DNA from: Angustibacter luteus
GTDB lineage: Bacteria; Actinomycetota; Actinomycetes; Actinomycetales; Angustibacteraceae
NCBI RefSeq assembly: GCF_039541115.1
Contig: NZ_BAABFP010000008.1
Location: 124,001-188,000, forward strand
Length of the DNA stretch: 64,000 nucleotides
Reading direction: 5' to 3'
Shown: positions 28,871-39,528 of the stretch, in pieces
How the letters are laid out: every line of letters starts with the position of its first letter
How positions within the stretch are numbered: the first letter of the stretch is position 1
Made by a program: the position numbers and the translations under genes
Notes under the pieces: model-generated
Told to the model about the DNA's origin: nothing
The model's input: only the letters and a program-made list of their open reading frames with translations
Database searches by the model: none

Positions 28871-30331
28871 TCAGCGATAGCGCTCGGGCGTGGCCAGCAG
28901 CTCGTTCATCGATCCGGACCGGAAGCCCTGCGGGTCGATCTCGGCCGACCCGAAGCCGGCAGCGAGCACCGCGGCGACCAGGGCGGCCCCGGCATCGGGG
29001 CGCTGGAGCACCGCCGCCAGCGCGGCGGCGTCCAGCTCGATGCGCGCCCGGTCCTGCCCGAGGTCGCGCACCCGCAGGTCCCGGACGTCGACGCCGCCCT
29101 CGCGGCACCAGGTGCGCGCGTCGGCCTCGGCCCGGTCGACCCGGGCCAGGCCGGAGGTCGTGATCTGCACGCCGTAGGCGATCCGGCTGGACAGGCAGGC
29201 GGCCGCCGGCTTGTCCCAGGTCGGTAGCTCCCAGCGGGCCGCGGCGGCCCGGACCTGCGCCTTCGTGAACCCGGCGTCGCGCAGCGGCGTGAGCGCACCA
29301 CGCTCGGCGGCGGCGCGGATGCCCGGCCGGAAGCCGGCCAAGGCGTCGTCCGCGTTGGTGCCGGTGGCGACCGCCTCGATGCCGAGCGAGCGGGCGAGCG
29401 GACCAACGACGTCGAGCAGCTCGGCCTTGCAGAAGAAGCACCGGTCGCCCGCGTTGGCCCGGTAGCCGTCGCGGGCCATCTCGTCGGTCTGCGGCGTCAG
29501 GTGCCGCACGCCGAGGCCGCGCGCGAAGGCGGCTGCGCCATCCAGCTCGCCGTCGGCCAGCGAGCCGCTCACCGCCGTGGCGGCGACGACGTTCGTCGGC
29601 CCCAGCGCGCGCACCGCGGCGGCCAGCAGGAACGCCGAGTCCACGCCGCCGGAGAAGGCCACCACCAGGGAGCCCGTCGCCGCCAGCCGCGCGTGCAGGT
29701 CGGCCAGCCGCGCGTCCAGGACGTGCGCGTCGAGCCAGACCGGGAACGGCTCGAGGCCGGGCAGGACGACGTCCGCGCCCACCGCGGCCAGCGCCGGCGC
29801 GTCGTGCGGGCCGGTGGCGACCGCCACGGCCACCGCGTCGGCGGCGTGCGCACCCGCGACGTCACCGGGGTGGTCGCCGAGGTACACGCTGACGCCGTGC
29901 TCGCGCAGCGCGATGCCCTTGTCGGCGGCGAACAGCCGGCCCACGACGACGTCCGCCTGCAGGCCGACCTGCTCGAGGACCAGCCGGACGGCGGGCTCGG
30001 GCTTGGCGCTGACCACCACCACCTGCCCGTGCACGGCGCGGACGGCGGCGAAGGCCTCGTGCGCGCCGGGCAGGGCGACGGTGCGTGGTACCCCGATCGC
30101 CGGGTAGAGCTCGCGGTAGCGGTCGGCCACCGGGAGCAGCAGCTCGGGCGGCAGGTAGGGCGCGAGCATGTCCTCCATGGGAATCCCGATGGTGGCGGCC
30201 AGCGCGGCAGGGTCGATCGAGTAGCCGCTGTCCGGCCCCAGCTCGGCGACCGCGGCCAGCACCGTGGCCACGATGCCCTCGGAGGAGTCGACCAACGTCA
30301 TGTCCAGGTCGAAGCCGACGGCGAGATCCAC
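28871..30331 (-). CDS. larE: HAD-family hydrolase fused to a LarE-family (TIGR00268) ATP-dependent sulfur transferase
   Basis: N-terminus has FDLDMTLVDS and YLGDHPGD. C-terminus has VAFSGGVDS, DRCFFCK, TGTNADD, FRPG, WDKPAAACLSSRI and GFRSGSMN. One continuous frame. Confidence 0.85.
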   Translation of the reverse strand: MDLAVGFDLDMTLVDSSEGIVATVLAAVAELGPDSGYSIDPAALAATIGIPMEDMLAPYLPPELLLPVADRYRELYPAIGVPRTVALPGAHEAFAAVRAVHGQVVVVSAKPEPAVRLVLEQVGLQADVVVGRLFAADKGIALREHGVSVYLGDHPGDVAGAHAADAVAVAVATGPHDAPALAAVGADVVLPGLEPFPVWLDAHVLDARLADLHARLAATGSLVVAFSGGVDSAFLLAAAVRALGPTNVVAATAVSGSLADGELDGAAAFARGLGVRHLTPQTDEMARDGYRANAGDRCFFCKAELLDVVGPLARSLGIEAVATGTNADDALAGFRPGIRAAAERGALTPLRDAGFTKAQVRAAAARWELPTWDKPAAACLSSRIAYGVQITTSGLARVDRAEADARTWCREGGVDVRDLRVRDLGQDRARIELDAAALAAVLQRPDAGAALVAAVLAAGFGSAEIDPQGFRSGSMNELLATPERYR

Positions 30332-30412
30332 CCGGCCACTGTATGTCTCGTCACGCGCGGCCTCGCACGGAGCACCCGGACGGCGCAGGGGGAGGTTTAA
30401 CGGTTTGGGGAG

Positions 30413-30441
30413 TGTCGGTGGTCCTTGCGACCATGGACGAC
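30413..30441 (+). promoter_or_regulatory. Possible PafBC-type leaderless promoter
   Basis: TGTCGG(30413)-TG..N10-GACCAT-N7-ATG(30442). The -10 deviates at its first base. Confidence 0.4.
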
Positions 30442-31749
30442 ATGTCCCCCGCTGTCTCGCCTCGCCCCACCCTGTCCTCGTTCTGGCACGACCTGCCGCG
30501 CGAGGGCCGGCTGCTGCTGTCCACCGTCATCGTCGACGCGCTCGGGATCGGCTTCGTCCTGCCCTTCGGCGTCGTCTACCTGCACGAGGTGCGGGACATC
30601 GCCCTGCCCACCGTCGGCGTGCTGCTCGCCCTGCCGTCCGCGATCGCGCTGGCGCTGCTCGGCCCGATCGGCACCGTGATCGACCGGTACGGCCCGCGCC
30701 GCCTGCAGATGCTGGCGCTGTCGATGAACGTCCTGGGCAGCCTGGTGCTGGCCTTCGCCACCACCCCGGCCGCGGCCGCCCTGGCGTTCACGCTGTTCGG
30801 TGCCGGGCAGGCCGTCTTCTGGCCGGCGTCGCAGTCCCTGGTCGCCGCGATCGTCCCGGTGGAGATCCGCCAGCGGTACTACGGCCTGAGCTTTACGGTG
30901 CTGAACCTCGGCATCGGCATCGGTGGGCTGGCCTCCGGCCTGTTCGTCTCCGAGGCGCACCCGTGGACCTTCCAGGCGATCTACGTCGCGAACGCGCTGT
31001 CGTTCCTCGCGCCGCTGAGCGTGCTGGCCATCCCGCTGCGGCACGTCGGCAACACCGTCGCGCCGCACGAGGACGACGAGGCACCGACGGCGAGCTACCG
31101 GGTGGTCCTGCGGCACGGCGTGTTCCGCCGGTTCCTGGTCGTCGTGTTCTTCTCCGCGTTCGTGGGCTACGCCCAGTTCGAGGCGGGGTGGACGGCGTAC
31201 GCGCGCACCGTGGCGGACGCGTCGACGAAGCTGATCGGCATCGCGTTCGCGGTCAACACCGCCACCATCGTGCTGCTGCAGCTCGTGGTCATCCAGCGCA
31301 TCGAGGGACACCGGCGCACCCGCGTGCTGATGCTGATGAGCGTCGTCTGGGCACTGTCCTGGTCGCTGATGGGCATCGCGGGGCTGCTGCCCGGCTCGGT
31401 CGTCGCGGCCGTCCTGCTCAGCGCCAGCATGGGGGTCTTCGCCCTCGGCGAGACGTTCCAGTCACCGGTCGTGCCGGCGATCACGAACGACCTCGCACCC
31501 GAGCACCTGCGCGGTCGCTACAACGCCGTCGGCTCCGGGGTGTTCCAGGTCGCGGCCGTGGTCGGACCGGTCACGGCCGGGTTCCTGCTCGGGCACCACC
31601 TGTCGGCGGCCTTCGTGGTGCTGCTGCTCGTCGGCTGCGCGGTCATGGTGGCCATGCTGGGGCGGCTCGAGCGGGTCATCTCGCCCGAGGCGAACGGGGT
31701 CGCGGCTGCGCACCCGCTCCCGGCCCAGGAGCTCACCTCGGTCAGCTGA
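30442..31749 (+). CDS. MFS transporter
   Basis: GTVIDRYGPRR, LAPEHLRGRYN, ~12 TM. Confidence 0.9.
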   Translation: MSPAVSPRPTLSSFWHDLPREGRLLLSTVIVDALGIGFVLPFGVVYLHEVRDIALPTVGVLLALPSAIALALLGPIGTVIDRYGPRRLQMLALSMNVLGSLVLAFATTPAAAALAFTLFGAGQAVFWPASQSLVAAIVPVEIRQRYYGLSFTVLNLGIGIGGLASGLFVSEAHPWTFQAIYVANALSFLAPLSVLAIPLRHVGNTVAPHEDDEAPTASYRVVLRHGVFRRFLVVVFFSAFVGYAQFEAGWTAYARTVADASTKLIGIAFAVNTATIVLLQLVVIQRIEGHRRTRVLMLMSVVWALSWSLMGIAGLLPGSVVAAVLLSASMGVFALGETFQSPVVPAITNDLAPEHLRGRYNAVGSGVFQVAAVVGPVTAGFLLGHHLSAAFVVLLLVGCAVMVAMLGRLERVISPEANGVAAAHPLPAQELTSVS

Positions 31750-32758
31750 GCGGTGTGATCGGCTGGTCCAGCGCAAGACCCCAGGTGGCGACGTGCTCGT
31801 CGCCTGGGGCCAGCCGCACGACACCGACCGCGGCCGGGTCCGGGGCGTTGAAGGCGTCCGGCGGGCAGGTCATCGGCTCGACCGCCAGGCCGCGGCGCCG
31901 TTCCGCGCCGTGCAGCGTGTCGCCCGAGAAGACCTGCGCGTAGTCGTACGCCCCGTCGGCCCACATGACCAGCCTCGACGCGCTGGCGGGGCCGGCGAGC
32001 CGCACGCGCCAGCGCCCGTCGTCGTCCCGGTCCAGGTCGCCGTACGCCGTGTCCAGCACGCGCTCGCCGATCCGCTGCGGGGTACGCAGGTCGTACGGGG
32101 TGCCCTGCACCGGGTACGCGCCGGTGGGGATGCCCCCGTCGTCCGTCTCGAACCAGGTCGCCGCCGGCACGGTGACGCTCAGGTCGTCGACGAGCGCGGT
32201 GCCCAACGTCAGGTACGGGTGCGAGCCGGTGCCGTAGAGGCAGTCGGCGGAGCCGACGTTGCGCGCGGACGTCGTCACGCTCAGCCCGTCGTCGTCCAGC
32301 GCGTAGGTCACCCGGCAGGCCAGCAGCGTCGGCCAGCCCGGCTGCGGGACGAGCAGGTGCGACCAGGTCACCGAGCTCGCGGTGCGGTCCGCGACGTCCC
32401 AGGTGGCCCAGCGCGCCAGCCCGTGGATGGCGTTGCCGGTGCTCGGCTCGGTGATCGCGAGCTGCTGGTCGGCGCCGTCGAGCGGGTAGCGGCCGCCGGC
32501 GATCCGGTTGGGCCACGGCACCAGCGTCTGACCGCGGCCACCCGAGGGCCGGTCGTGCTCGCCGAAGCCGTCGACGACGTCGCGCCCGGCCAGCCGCAGC
32601 GTGCGCAGCCCGGCCGCGACGGACACGGTCCACGCCTCGTGGTCGCCGTGCGCGATGCGCACCTGGGTCGCCGTGGGAGGCAGCGGGGTCGGCGGGGTCG
32701 GCGGGGTCGGCGAGGAACCGGTGGCGTCGTCAGTGGTCACGCGCGCATTCTGCATCAC
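31742..32758 (-). CDS. Aldose 1-epimerase family protein
   Basis: [21 protein letters not shown] and [13 protein letters not shown] motifs. Confidence 0.9.
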   Translation of the reverse strand: MMQNARVTTDDATGSSPTPPTPPTPLPPTATQVRIAHGDHEAWTVSVAAGLRTLRLAGRDVVDGFGEHDRPSGGRGQTLVPWPNRIAGGRYPLDGADQQLAITEPSTGNAIHGLARWATWDVADRTASSVTWSHLLVPQPGWPTLLACRVTYALDDDGLSVTTSARNVGSADCLYGTGSHPYLTLGTALVDDLSVTVPAATWFETDDGGIPTGAYPVQGTPYDLRTPQRIGERVLDTAYGDLDRDDDGRWRVRLAGPASASRLVMWADGAYDYAQVFSGDTLHGAERRRGLAVEPMTCPPDAFNAPDPAAVGVVRLAPGDEHVATWGLALDQPITPLS

Positions 32759-34380
32759 GTCGGCAGGCCGAGGATCTCGACCGCCGCCTCGCGCATCTCC
32801 ACCTTGCGGATCTTGCCCGTCACCGTCATCGGGAAGCCGTCCACCACGTGCACGTAGCGGGGCACCTTGTAGTGCGCGATCTTGCCGGCGCAGAAGGCGC
32901 GCACGGCCTCGGCGTCCAGCGGCTCGGCGTCCGGCTTCAGCACGATCCAGGCCATCAGCTCCTCGCCGTACTTCTCGTCCGGCACCCCGACCACCGAGAC
33001 GTCGGCGATGTCCGGGTGGCCGTACAGGAACTCCTCGACCTCACGGGGGTAGACGTTCTCGCCCCCACGGATCACCAGGTCCTTGATCCGGCCGACGATG
33101 TTGACGTAGCCGTCGCCGTCCATCGTCGCCAGGTCACCGGTGTGCATCCAGCGCGCCGCGTCGATCGCCTCGGCGGTCTTCTCCGGCTCGTCCCAGTAGC
33201 CCAGCATCACGGTGTGCCCACGGGTGCACAGCTCGCCCGGCTCACCGCGCCGCACGGTCAGGCCCGTCGCCGGGTCGACCACCTTGGACTCCAGGTGCGG
33301 CATGGTCCGCCCGACCGTCTCGGTGCGACGGGCCAGGTCGTCGTCCGAGCGGGTCATGGTGGACACCGGCGAGGTCTCCGTCATGCCGTAGCAGATGGCC
33401 ACCTCGGCCATGTGCATCTCGGCGACCACCCGCTTCATCACCTCGACGGGGCAAGGCGAGCCGGCCATGATCCCGGTGCGCAGGGACGTCAGGTCGTAGT
33501 CGGCGAAGTCGGCCAGGCCGAGCTCGCCGATGAACATGGTCGGGACGCCGTACAGCGAGGTGCACTGCTCGTCCTGCACCGCCGCCAGCGTCGCGGCCGG
33601 GTCGAACGACGGCGCCGGGATCACCATGCAGGCACCGTGCGAGGTGGCCGCCAGGTTGCCCATCACCATGCCGAAGCAGTGGTAGAAGGGCACCGGGATG
33701 CAGATCCGGTCGAGCTCGCTGTAGTGCACGAGCTCCCCGACGAAGAACCCGTTGTTCAGGATGTTGTGGTGGCTCAGCGTGGCGCCCTTGGGGAAGCCCG
33801 TGGTGCCCGACGTGTACTGGATGTTGATCGGGTCGTCGGCGCCGAGCAGCGCCTCCCGCTCGTGCAACCGGACGTGGTCGACCCGGCTGCCGTTGGCCAC
33901 CAGGTCCGTCCAGGACTGCTCGCCGATGTAGACGACGTCACTCAGCCCCGGGCAGTCCCCGCGCACCTGCTCGACCATGCCGCGGTAGTCCGAGGTCTTG
34001 TGCTGCACCGCGCTGACCAGCAGCCGCAGCCCGGACTGGTTGATCACGTAGGCCAGCTCGTGGCTGCGGTAGGCCGGGTTGACGTTGACCAGGACCGCGC
34101 CGATCTTGGCCGTCGCGTACTGCAGCAGCACCCACTCCGCGCAGTTCGGGCTCCAGATGCCCACCCGCTCGCCCTTCGCGATGCCGAGCTCGAGCAGCCC
34201 GAGCGCGAGCTCGTCGACCTCGACGTCCAGCTCGCTGTACGTCCAGCGCCGGTGCGTCGGCACGTCCACCAGAGCCTCGCGGTCACCCCAGCGGGCCACC
34301 GTGCGCTCCAGGTTCGCCCCGATCGTCTCGCCCAGCAGTGGGGTGTCCGAGATGGCTGAGGTGTACGACGGCGCGGTCAT
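32755..34380 (-). CDS. AMP-binding acyl-CoA synthetase
   Basis: [25 protein letters not shown] and TGKIRK motifs. Confidence 0.95.
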   Translation of the reverse strand: MTAPSYTSAISDTPLLGETIGANLERTVARWGDREALVDVPTHRRWTYSELDVEVDELALGLLELGIAKGERVGIWSPNCAEWVLLQYATAKIGAVLVNVNPAYRSHELAYVINQSGLRLLVSAVQHKTSDYRGMVEQVRGDCPGLSDVVYIGEQSWTDLVANGSRVDHVRLHEREALLGADDPINIQYTSGTTGFPKGATLSHHNILNNGFFVGELVHYSELDRICIPVPFYHCFGMVMGNLAATSHGACMVIPAPSFDPAATLAAVQDEQCTSLYGVPTMFIGELGLADFADYDLTSLRTGIMAGSPCPVEVMKRVVAEMHMAEVAICYGMTETSPVSTMTRSDDDLARRTETVGRTMPHLESKVVDPATGLTVRRGEPGELCTRGHTVMLGYWDEPEKTAEAIDAARWMHTGDLATMDGDGYVNIVGRIKDLVIRGGENVYPREVEEFLYGHPDIADVSVVGVPDEKYGEELMAWIVLKPDAEPLDAEAVRAFCAGKIAHYKVPRYVHVVDGFPMTVTGKIRKVEMREAAVEILGLPT

Positions 34381-34396
34381 GGGCCCATCCTGGCCC

Positions 34397-35833
34397 TCAA
34401 CCCAGGAAGTCGGCCACCACTGCGCGCGCCGAGGCTGGTCCGCGGGTCTGGACGCCGTGGCCCGCGCCGGGGACGACGACCAGCCGCGACCCTGGCAGGT
34501 CGGCCTGCGCCCGGTGCGCCCAGGCCAGGGGCGTGGACAGGTCGCGCGAGCCGTGCAGCAGCAGCGCGCGCACGCCGCGCAGCTCGAGCGACGCGGGCTG
34601 CGGGTCGGCGACCTTCGGCCACAGCTCGCAGGTGCGCAGCTCGCCGTTGCCGCGCGCGGTCTGCGCGTCGAAGGGAAACAGCTGGGACGACGAGAGCCGG
34701 GCCACCGCGCGGTCCGCGGCCTGGGCCCGGCTCGCCGGGGCGGCGTCCGCGCCGCCCCACGGGAAGTCGAGGTCCAGGCACAGAGTGCTGGCGTGCAGGC
34801 CCTGGCTGAGCTGGTCCGCCGGGCCGGCGCTGGCGTCCTGCCAGTGGTGGACCAGCGTGCGCAACGCCTCGGGCTCGCCCGCGGCCGCGGCGTGCAGCGC
34901 CGCGAGCAGGCCGGTGAAGTCCGGGTCGACCACCGACATCAGGGAGACGACGTCCAGCAGGGCGGGGCCGAGCCGGTACCGCGCGACGACCGTGGACAGG
35001 TCCTGGGCCGGGTCGCCGGCGCAGTGCTCAGCGGCGCACACGTCACGCAGCACGGCGGCGACGTCCGGGAAGGACTCGACGTTCGTGCCGGAGAACGCGT
35101 CCACCGGCACCACGGAGTCCAGCACCAGCCGGTCGACGTGGGCCTGGTGCGCGGCGGCGTACCGCTGGGCGACGTAGGTGCCGTACGAGACGCCGTCGAT
35201 CGACCACCGGTCCACCCCGATCGCGGCCCGTAGCTGCTCCAGGTCGGCGACCGTGTCGGTGGTCCCGTAGTGCGCGGCGTCCGCGCCGATCGCCGAGCCG
35301 CACTCGGTGACCGCCTGGTCGGTCGGCACCTCGAGGTCCGCGTAGCCGACCTGCTCCTGCAGCAGGGGGCAGACCAGCGCGTTCGCCCCCGTCCCGCGCT
35401 GGTCGACGAGCACGACGCGATGATGCTGAGCGATCTCGCCGAGCGACGCGATGATCCGCGGCGCGAACGGGACGCCGGGTTGCCCCGGGCCTCCGGTCAG
35501 GAAGAGCAGCGTGCGGTCGGCAGACCGGTCCCCGCCCTCGGCGACCTCGAGCGTGAGGGTGCGGCCAGCCTGACCAGCTGGGTCAGCCGGATGGTCGTGG
35601 TCGAGCGGGACGACGAGGGACCCGCAGAGCAGCGACGCGAGCTCCGTGCCGGCGCACGACCGCCAACCGGACCAGCCGGGCCCGCCCGGCCCGGTCGCCC
35701 CTGCTCCCGCTGCCGCCGCAGTCGTCGCTGCGCTCGAGGCTGCCCCGCGTGGTCCTGCCCCCGTGCACGAGCAGGTCAGCAGCGCGAGGCCCAGGAGCGC
35801 TGCCCCGACCTGCCGTCGCCGACGACCACCCAC
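34397..35833 (-). CDS. Alpha/beta hydrolase (TAP-like peptidase), probable lipoprotein
   Basis: GGPGQPG, DQRGTG, GVSYGT (nucleophile Ser), D and GAGH. Signal with a lipobox-like LLTCSC. GTG start at 35833 is inferred from GAGGAGG. Confidence 0.8.
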   Translation of the reverse strand: MGGRRRRQVGAALLGLALLTCSCTGAGPRGAASSAATTAAAAGAGATGPGGPGWSGWRSCAGTELASLLCGSLVVPLDHDHPADPAGQAGRTLTLEVAEGGDRSADRTLLFLTGGPGQPGVPFAPRIIASLGEIAQHHRVVLVDQRGTGANALVCPLLQEQVGYADLEVPTDQAVTECGSAIGADAAHYGTTDTVADLEQLRAAIGVDRWSIDGVSYGTYVAQRYAAAHQAHVDRLVLDSVVPVDAFSGTNVESFPDVAAVLRDVCAAEHCAGDPAQDLSTVVARYRLGPALLDVVSLMSVVDPDFTGLLAALHAAAAGEPEALRTLVHHWQDASAGPADQLSQGLHASTLCLDLDFPWGGADAAPASRAQAADRAVARLSSSQLFPFDAQTARGNGELRTCELWPKVADPQPASLELRGVRALLLHGSRDLSTPLAWAHRAQADLPGSRLVVVPGAGHGVQTRGPASARAVVADFLG

Positions 35834-35943
35834 CTCGACCTCCTCGCCGCCGTCCATCGGACCAGACGGAGGCAAGGAGCGAGGTCACGCGGGTGTCTCG
35901 ATGTCGTACCGTTCGGCAGCTGCGGAGCAGGTCTGCCGTGGGC

Positions 35944-36690
35944 TCAGCGGACCGTGACGCAGTCGACCGGGCTGACGGCGTCGTCCGTCGTGGCGGTGCC
36001 GACGGCGACCAGACGCCAGCAGCCGGTGACGCGCTGGCGGACGGTGCCCGCGACCTTGCCGGCGGAGCTGGGCGTCAGGGTGCGGTAGGTCTTCCAGGCG
36101 CCCTTCGTCTTGAACTGCAGCTGCACCGGGGTCACCCAGCCGTGGTACTTCGCGTCCGCGAAGCTCGCCCGCTGCAGGGTCGCGCTCGTGGTCACTGCCG
36201 CGCCGGCCGCGATCGGCTCGGGGCCGCTGTTGGCGCCCAGGAAGCGCGAGGCCCGCAGGATGTACTGGTAGTCGACCGCCGTGTCCTTGCCGTCGTTCGG
36301 TCCGGTCGCCGTGTAGGTCAGCTTCCAGCGACCGGCGCAGCCGTTGTCGCCGTAGCCCTGGAAGTCCTTGGCGACGATCGACACCCTGGAGCCGAACTCC
36401 GTGATGGACGGGTCGTCCTGCGACGGGCCGAGGTTCTCCAGGGTGTCCGTGAAGCCGGCGCACAGCCCTGCGGTCGCGCGCTCCCCGACCACCGTGACCG
36501 CGGTGGTGCCACGGACGGCGGCGACGGACAGCGAGTCGTGCGCCTGTGTGATGCCGAGCACCACGACGTCCGTGGTGAAGGTGTCGACGATCTCGGTGGC
36601 GACGGAGGCGTGCGCGGTCAGGGGTCCGAACGCCACGCAGGCGGTGGCACCGACGACGGCCAGCGCGACGGTGGAACGGCGGAAGAACAT
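35944..36690 (-). CDS. Secreted hypothetical protein with a basic beta-rich C-terminal domain
   Basis: AGGAG RBS, MFFRRSTVALAVVG..AHA signal peptide, typical GC3 bias. Confidence 0.7.
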   Translation of the reverse strand: MFFRRSTVALAVVGATACVAFGPLTAHASVATEIVDTFTTDVVVLGITQAHDSLSVAAVRGTTAVTVVGERATAGLCAGFTDTLENLGPSQDDPSITEFGSRVSIVAKDFQGYGDNGCAGRWKLTYTATGPNDGKDTAVDYQYILRASRFLGANSGPEPIAAGAAVTTSATLQRASFADAKYHGWVTPVQLQFKTKGAWKTYRTLTPSSAGKVAGTVRQRVTGCWRLVAVGTATTDDAVSPVDCVTVR

Positions 36691-36697
36691 GGGGCTC

Positions 36698-37939
36698 CTA
36701 GGCGAGGGGCTGCGGGTGTGTCGGTTCAACCTCGGCAGTTCCGGGCCCGACCCTGAGCCCGGGGACCGGTTCGCGCAGCCGGACGGCGGCGTACAGGGCA
36801 CCCAGCAGGTTGCCGACCGCCATGAACAGCAGCAGCCAGCGGTAGTCGACGACGGCCACCAGGGCCGCCCCGACGAGGATCGACACCAGCTGCGGGCCGC
36901 CGGTGAGGAACTCGAACGCGGTGAACACGCGGCCCTGCACCGGTCCCGGGGTGCGGCGCTGCAGCGCGGTGACGATCGCGACCACGACGATCGGCAACCC
37001 GGCGCCGAGCAGGAACGACCCGGCCGCGACGACGGGCAGCAGGTCGCTGACCGGCAGCAGGCAGCCCACCCCGATGAGCGCGAGCCCGACCGGGACGAGG
37101 CGCAGCTCGCCCACCCTGCTGATCAGCACGGTCACCGCGATGCCTCCCAGCACCGCTCCCGCGCCCTGCACAGCGGCCAGCACGCCGATGAAGGAGACCG
37201 GTCGACCCAGGCCCTGGTCGACGACGGCGAAGAACACGCTCTCGCCGAACCCGATCGCCAGCATGCAGATCACCGTGGCCACGACGAGCGCCCGCAGCAC
37301 CGGGTGCGTGAAGAGGTGGCGCGCCCCGGCGGTCGCCTCGTGCAGCACGTGGTGCTCGTGCGGCTCGGGCTTGGGCTCGGCGACCCGCATCAGGGCCAGC
37401 GCGAGCGCCGAGACCAGGAAGGTCGCGGCGTCCAGGACGGCGACCGCGTGCCCGCCGAACCCGGCGAACAGCGCCGCCCCGGTCAGCGGGCCGACCAGCC
37501 GCAGCGCCTCGCGCACCGTCCCGAGGCTGCCGTTGGCCGGGCCCAGCAGCTGCTCGGGCAGCATCGTGGTCAGCAGCGCGGCGCGCGCCGACTGGAACAG
37601 CACCAGGGACGCGCCGTACAGGAAGCCGACGACGTACAGCAGCCACAGGTCGCCCTCGTCGTGGACGAGCAACAGCGTCAGCACGACCGCGGCCGTCGCG
37701 ACGTCCACCGCGATCATCAGGGGGCGCCGGGGCAGCCGGTCGATGACGATCCCGCCGAGCGGGGCGAGCAGCGTCGGCACGATCACGGCGGCCAGCACGG
37801 TGCCGGCCGCCGAGTTCGAACCGGTGAGCTGCTTGGCCCACATGGCCAGGACCAGCAGCATCGCCGTGTCGCCGAACATCGACAGCGTCTGCCCCACCAG
37901 CAGCAGCCGCAGGTTGCGGTCCTTCAGCAGCTCACGCAT
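36698..37939 (-). CDS. MFS transporter (DHA3-like)
   Basis: GQTLSMFGD, GIVIDRLPRR and TPGPVQGRV. Overlaps the stop of the ArsR gene. Confidence 0.9.
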   Translation of the reverse strand: MRELLKDRNLRLLLVGQTLSMFGDTAMLLVLAMWAKQLTGSNSAAGTVLAAVIVPTLLAPLGGIVIDRLPRRPLMIAVDVATAAVVLTLLLVHDEGDLWLLYVVGFLYGASLVLFQSARAALLTTMLPEQLLGPANGSLGTVREALRLVGPLTGAALFAGFGGHAVAVLDAATFLVSALALALMRVAEPKPEPHEHHVLHEATAGARHLFTHPVLRALVVATVICMLAIGFGESVFFAVVDQGLGRPVSFIGVLAAVQGAGAVLGGIAVTVLISRVGELRLVPVGLALIGVGCLLPVSDLLPVVAAGSFLLGAGLPIVVVAIVTALQRRTPGPVQGRVFTAFEFLTGGPQLVSILVGAALVAVVDYRWLLLFMAVGNLLGALYAAVRLREPVPGLRVGPGTAEVEPTHPQPLA

Positions 37940-38549
37940 CGCTGTCGTCCATTCCGGGCTCCAGTCCGTCCGCGCGCGGGAAGCCGAGCGCGGCCAGGTG
38001 CACCAGGCGCGCCCCGGCGGGCCGCTGGGAGGGGTCGGTGATCCGGTCGAGGTAGCGCGACATGACCGCGAGCAGGTCGGCCTGGATCTCGGCGAGCTCG
38101 GCCACGGTCAGGTACGCGTTGCCGGTGAGGTCCAGCGCCGCCTCCGTCCACTGCGGCCCGAACGCCGCGGCGACCTCGGCGTACTCGCGGTGCAGCTCGG
38201 CAGTGCGCTCCCGGAAGCGCTCGCTGAGCGCCGCCCCCGCGGCCCGCGCCGCGACGTCCGAGTCCTGCGCCGGAGACCACTGGTGCGAGACCGACGTCAT
38301 CTGCCACGGCCGGTTGCGCCCGGTGCCACCGGGCGCCTCCTCGACGTACCCGTACTTGGCCAGCTGGCGTAGGTGGAACGAGCAGGACGACGGCGACTCG
38401 CCGACCAGCGCAGCGCACTGGCTCGCGGTCAGCGGGCCGCGCAGGCTGACCAGTTCGAGCAGCTTCAGCCGGACGGGGTGAGCCAGCGCTCGCAGCGTCT
38501 GGGCCCCGGACAGGACGCGCACCGGCTGCGGCTCGCGGGACTCGGGCAT
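37932..38549 (-). CDS. ArsR/SmtB-family winged-helix regulator (paralogue of 1272..1910)
   Basis: LRALAHPVRLKLL..TASQCAALVGESPSSCSFHLRQLAKYGYV. Confidence 0.9.
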   Translation of the reverse strand: MPESREPQPVRVLSGAQTLRALAHPVRLKLLELVSLRGPLTASQCAALVGESPSSCSFHLRQLAKYGYVEEAPGGTGRNRPWQMTSVSHQWSPAQDSDVAARAAGAALSERFRERTAELHREYAEVAAAFGPQWTEAALDLTGNAYLTVAELAEIQADLLAVMSRYLDRITDPSQRPAGARLVHLAALGFPRADGLEPGMDDSDA

Positions 38550-38587
38550 GCGTCGAAAGTACTCTTTCGAAAGAGTGCTTTCAATAC
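38550..38587 (-). promoter_or_regulatory. Leaderless sigma70-type promoter with CTTTCGAAAG operator triplet (14-bp period)
   Basis: Minus strand reads TTGAAA-N17-TACTTT-N6-ATG. Perfect palindrome ACTCTTTCGAAAGAGT at 38561-38576, flanked by degenerate copies. Confidence 0.75.
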
Positions 38588-38598
38588 CCCCGACCGTT

Positions 38599-39492
38599 TC
38601 AGGCGTTCGGGGCGATCGCCTCCAGCACCCGGACGTCGCCGGCGTAGATCCCGGCCTCGCGCGGCCAGTGCGTCACCACGTCCGTGAACCCCAGCTCAGC
38701 AGCCCGACCGACCGCGTCCGCGAACGCGTCCGCGGAGGACAGCGAGAACACGGCGCCGGAGTCCAGGTTCAGGTAGCGCCCCATGGCGACGGGGTCGCGA
38801 CCCGCCTCTCCCGCGGCGTCCTCGAACCGGCCCACCAGCCCCGCGACCCCGCGCCACCAGGCGTCCTGGTCGTCCGCGCCGTCCGAGCTGGCGGGCGCCC
38901 CGGTCGTCGCCCAGGCATCCCCGCGCCGGGCCGCCACGGCGATCCCCTTCGGACCGTTGGCCGCGACCACGAACGGCATCCGCGGCCGCTCGACGCTGCC
39001 CGGCACCATCCGCGCCTCGACCGCGCTGAACCACTCGCCGCGCCACGTCGTCGACGGCTGGGTGAGCAGCAGGTCCAGCAGCTGCACGAACTCCTCCAGC
39101 CGCCGCACCCTGGCGCCCGGCGAGGGCGCCTCGACGCCCAGCACCGCGGCGTCCCACCCGCTGCCACCCGCGCCGACCCCGAGCAGGAAGCGGCCGCCGC
39201 TGACGTCGTCCAGGCTCATCAGGTCCTTGGCGAAGGGCACCGGGTGGCGGTAGTTCGGCGACGCCACCCACGTGCCGAGGCGGATCCGCTCGGTCACCAG
39301 GGCCGCCGCGGTGAGCGTCGGCACGGTGGCGAACCAGGGCTCGTCGGCCAGTGACTGCCAGGCCAGGTGGTCGTAGGTCCAGGCGTGCGCGAACCCCATC
39401 TGCTCGACCGCTCGCCAGCGGGCCGCCGCCTCGGCCCAGCGCTGCTGCGGGAGAACGACGACGCCGATGTTCGGACCAGCTGATGCAGCCAT
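38599..39492 (-). CDS. LLM-class flavin-dependent oxidoreductase
   Basis: GFAHAWTYDHL, RIRLGTWVASPNYRHP and SGGRFLLGVGAG. Confidence 0.9.
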   Translation of the reverse strand: MAASAGPNIGVVVLPQQRWAEAAARWRAVEQMGFAHAWTYDHLAWQSLADEPWFATVPTLTAAALVTERIRLGTWVASPNYRHPVPFAKDLMSLDDVSGGRFLLGVGAGGSGWDAAVLGVEAPSPGARVRRLEEFVQLLDLLLTQPSTTWRGEWFSAVEARMVPGSVERPRMPFVVAANGPKGIAVAARRGDAWATTGAPASSDGADDQDAWWRGVAGLVGRFEDAAGEAGRDPVAMGRYLNLDSGAVFSLSSADAFADAVGRAAELGFTDVVTHWPREAGIYAGDVRVLEAIAPNA

Positions 39493-39528
39493 GAGCCCAC
39501 CGTAGAGGGGGCGCGTAACGTAGAGCGG

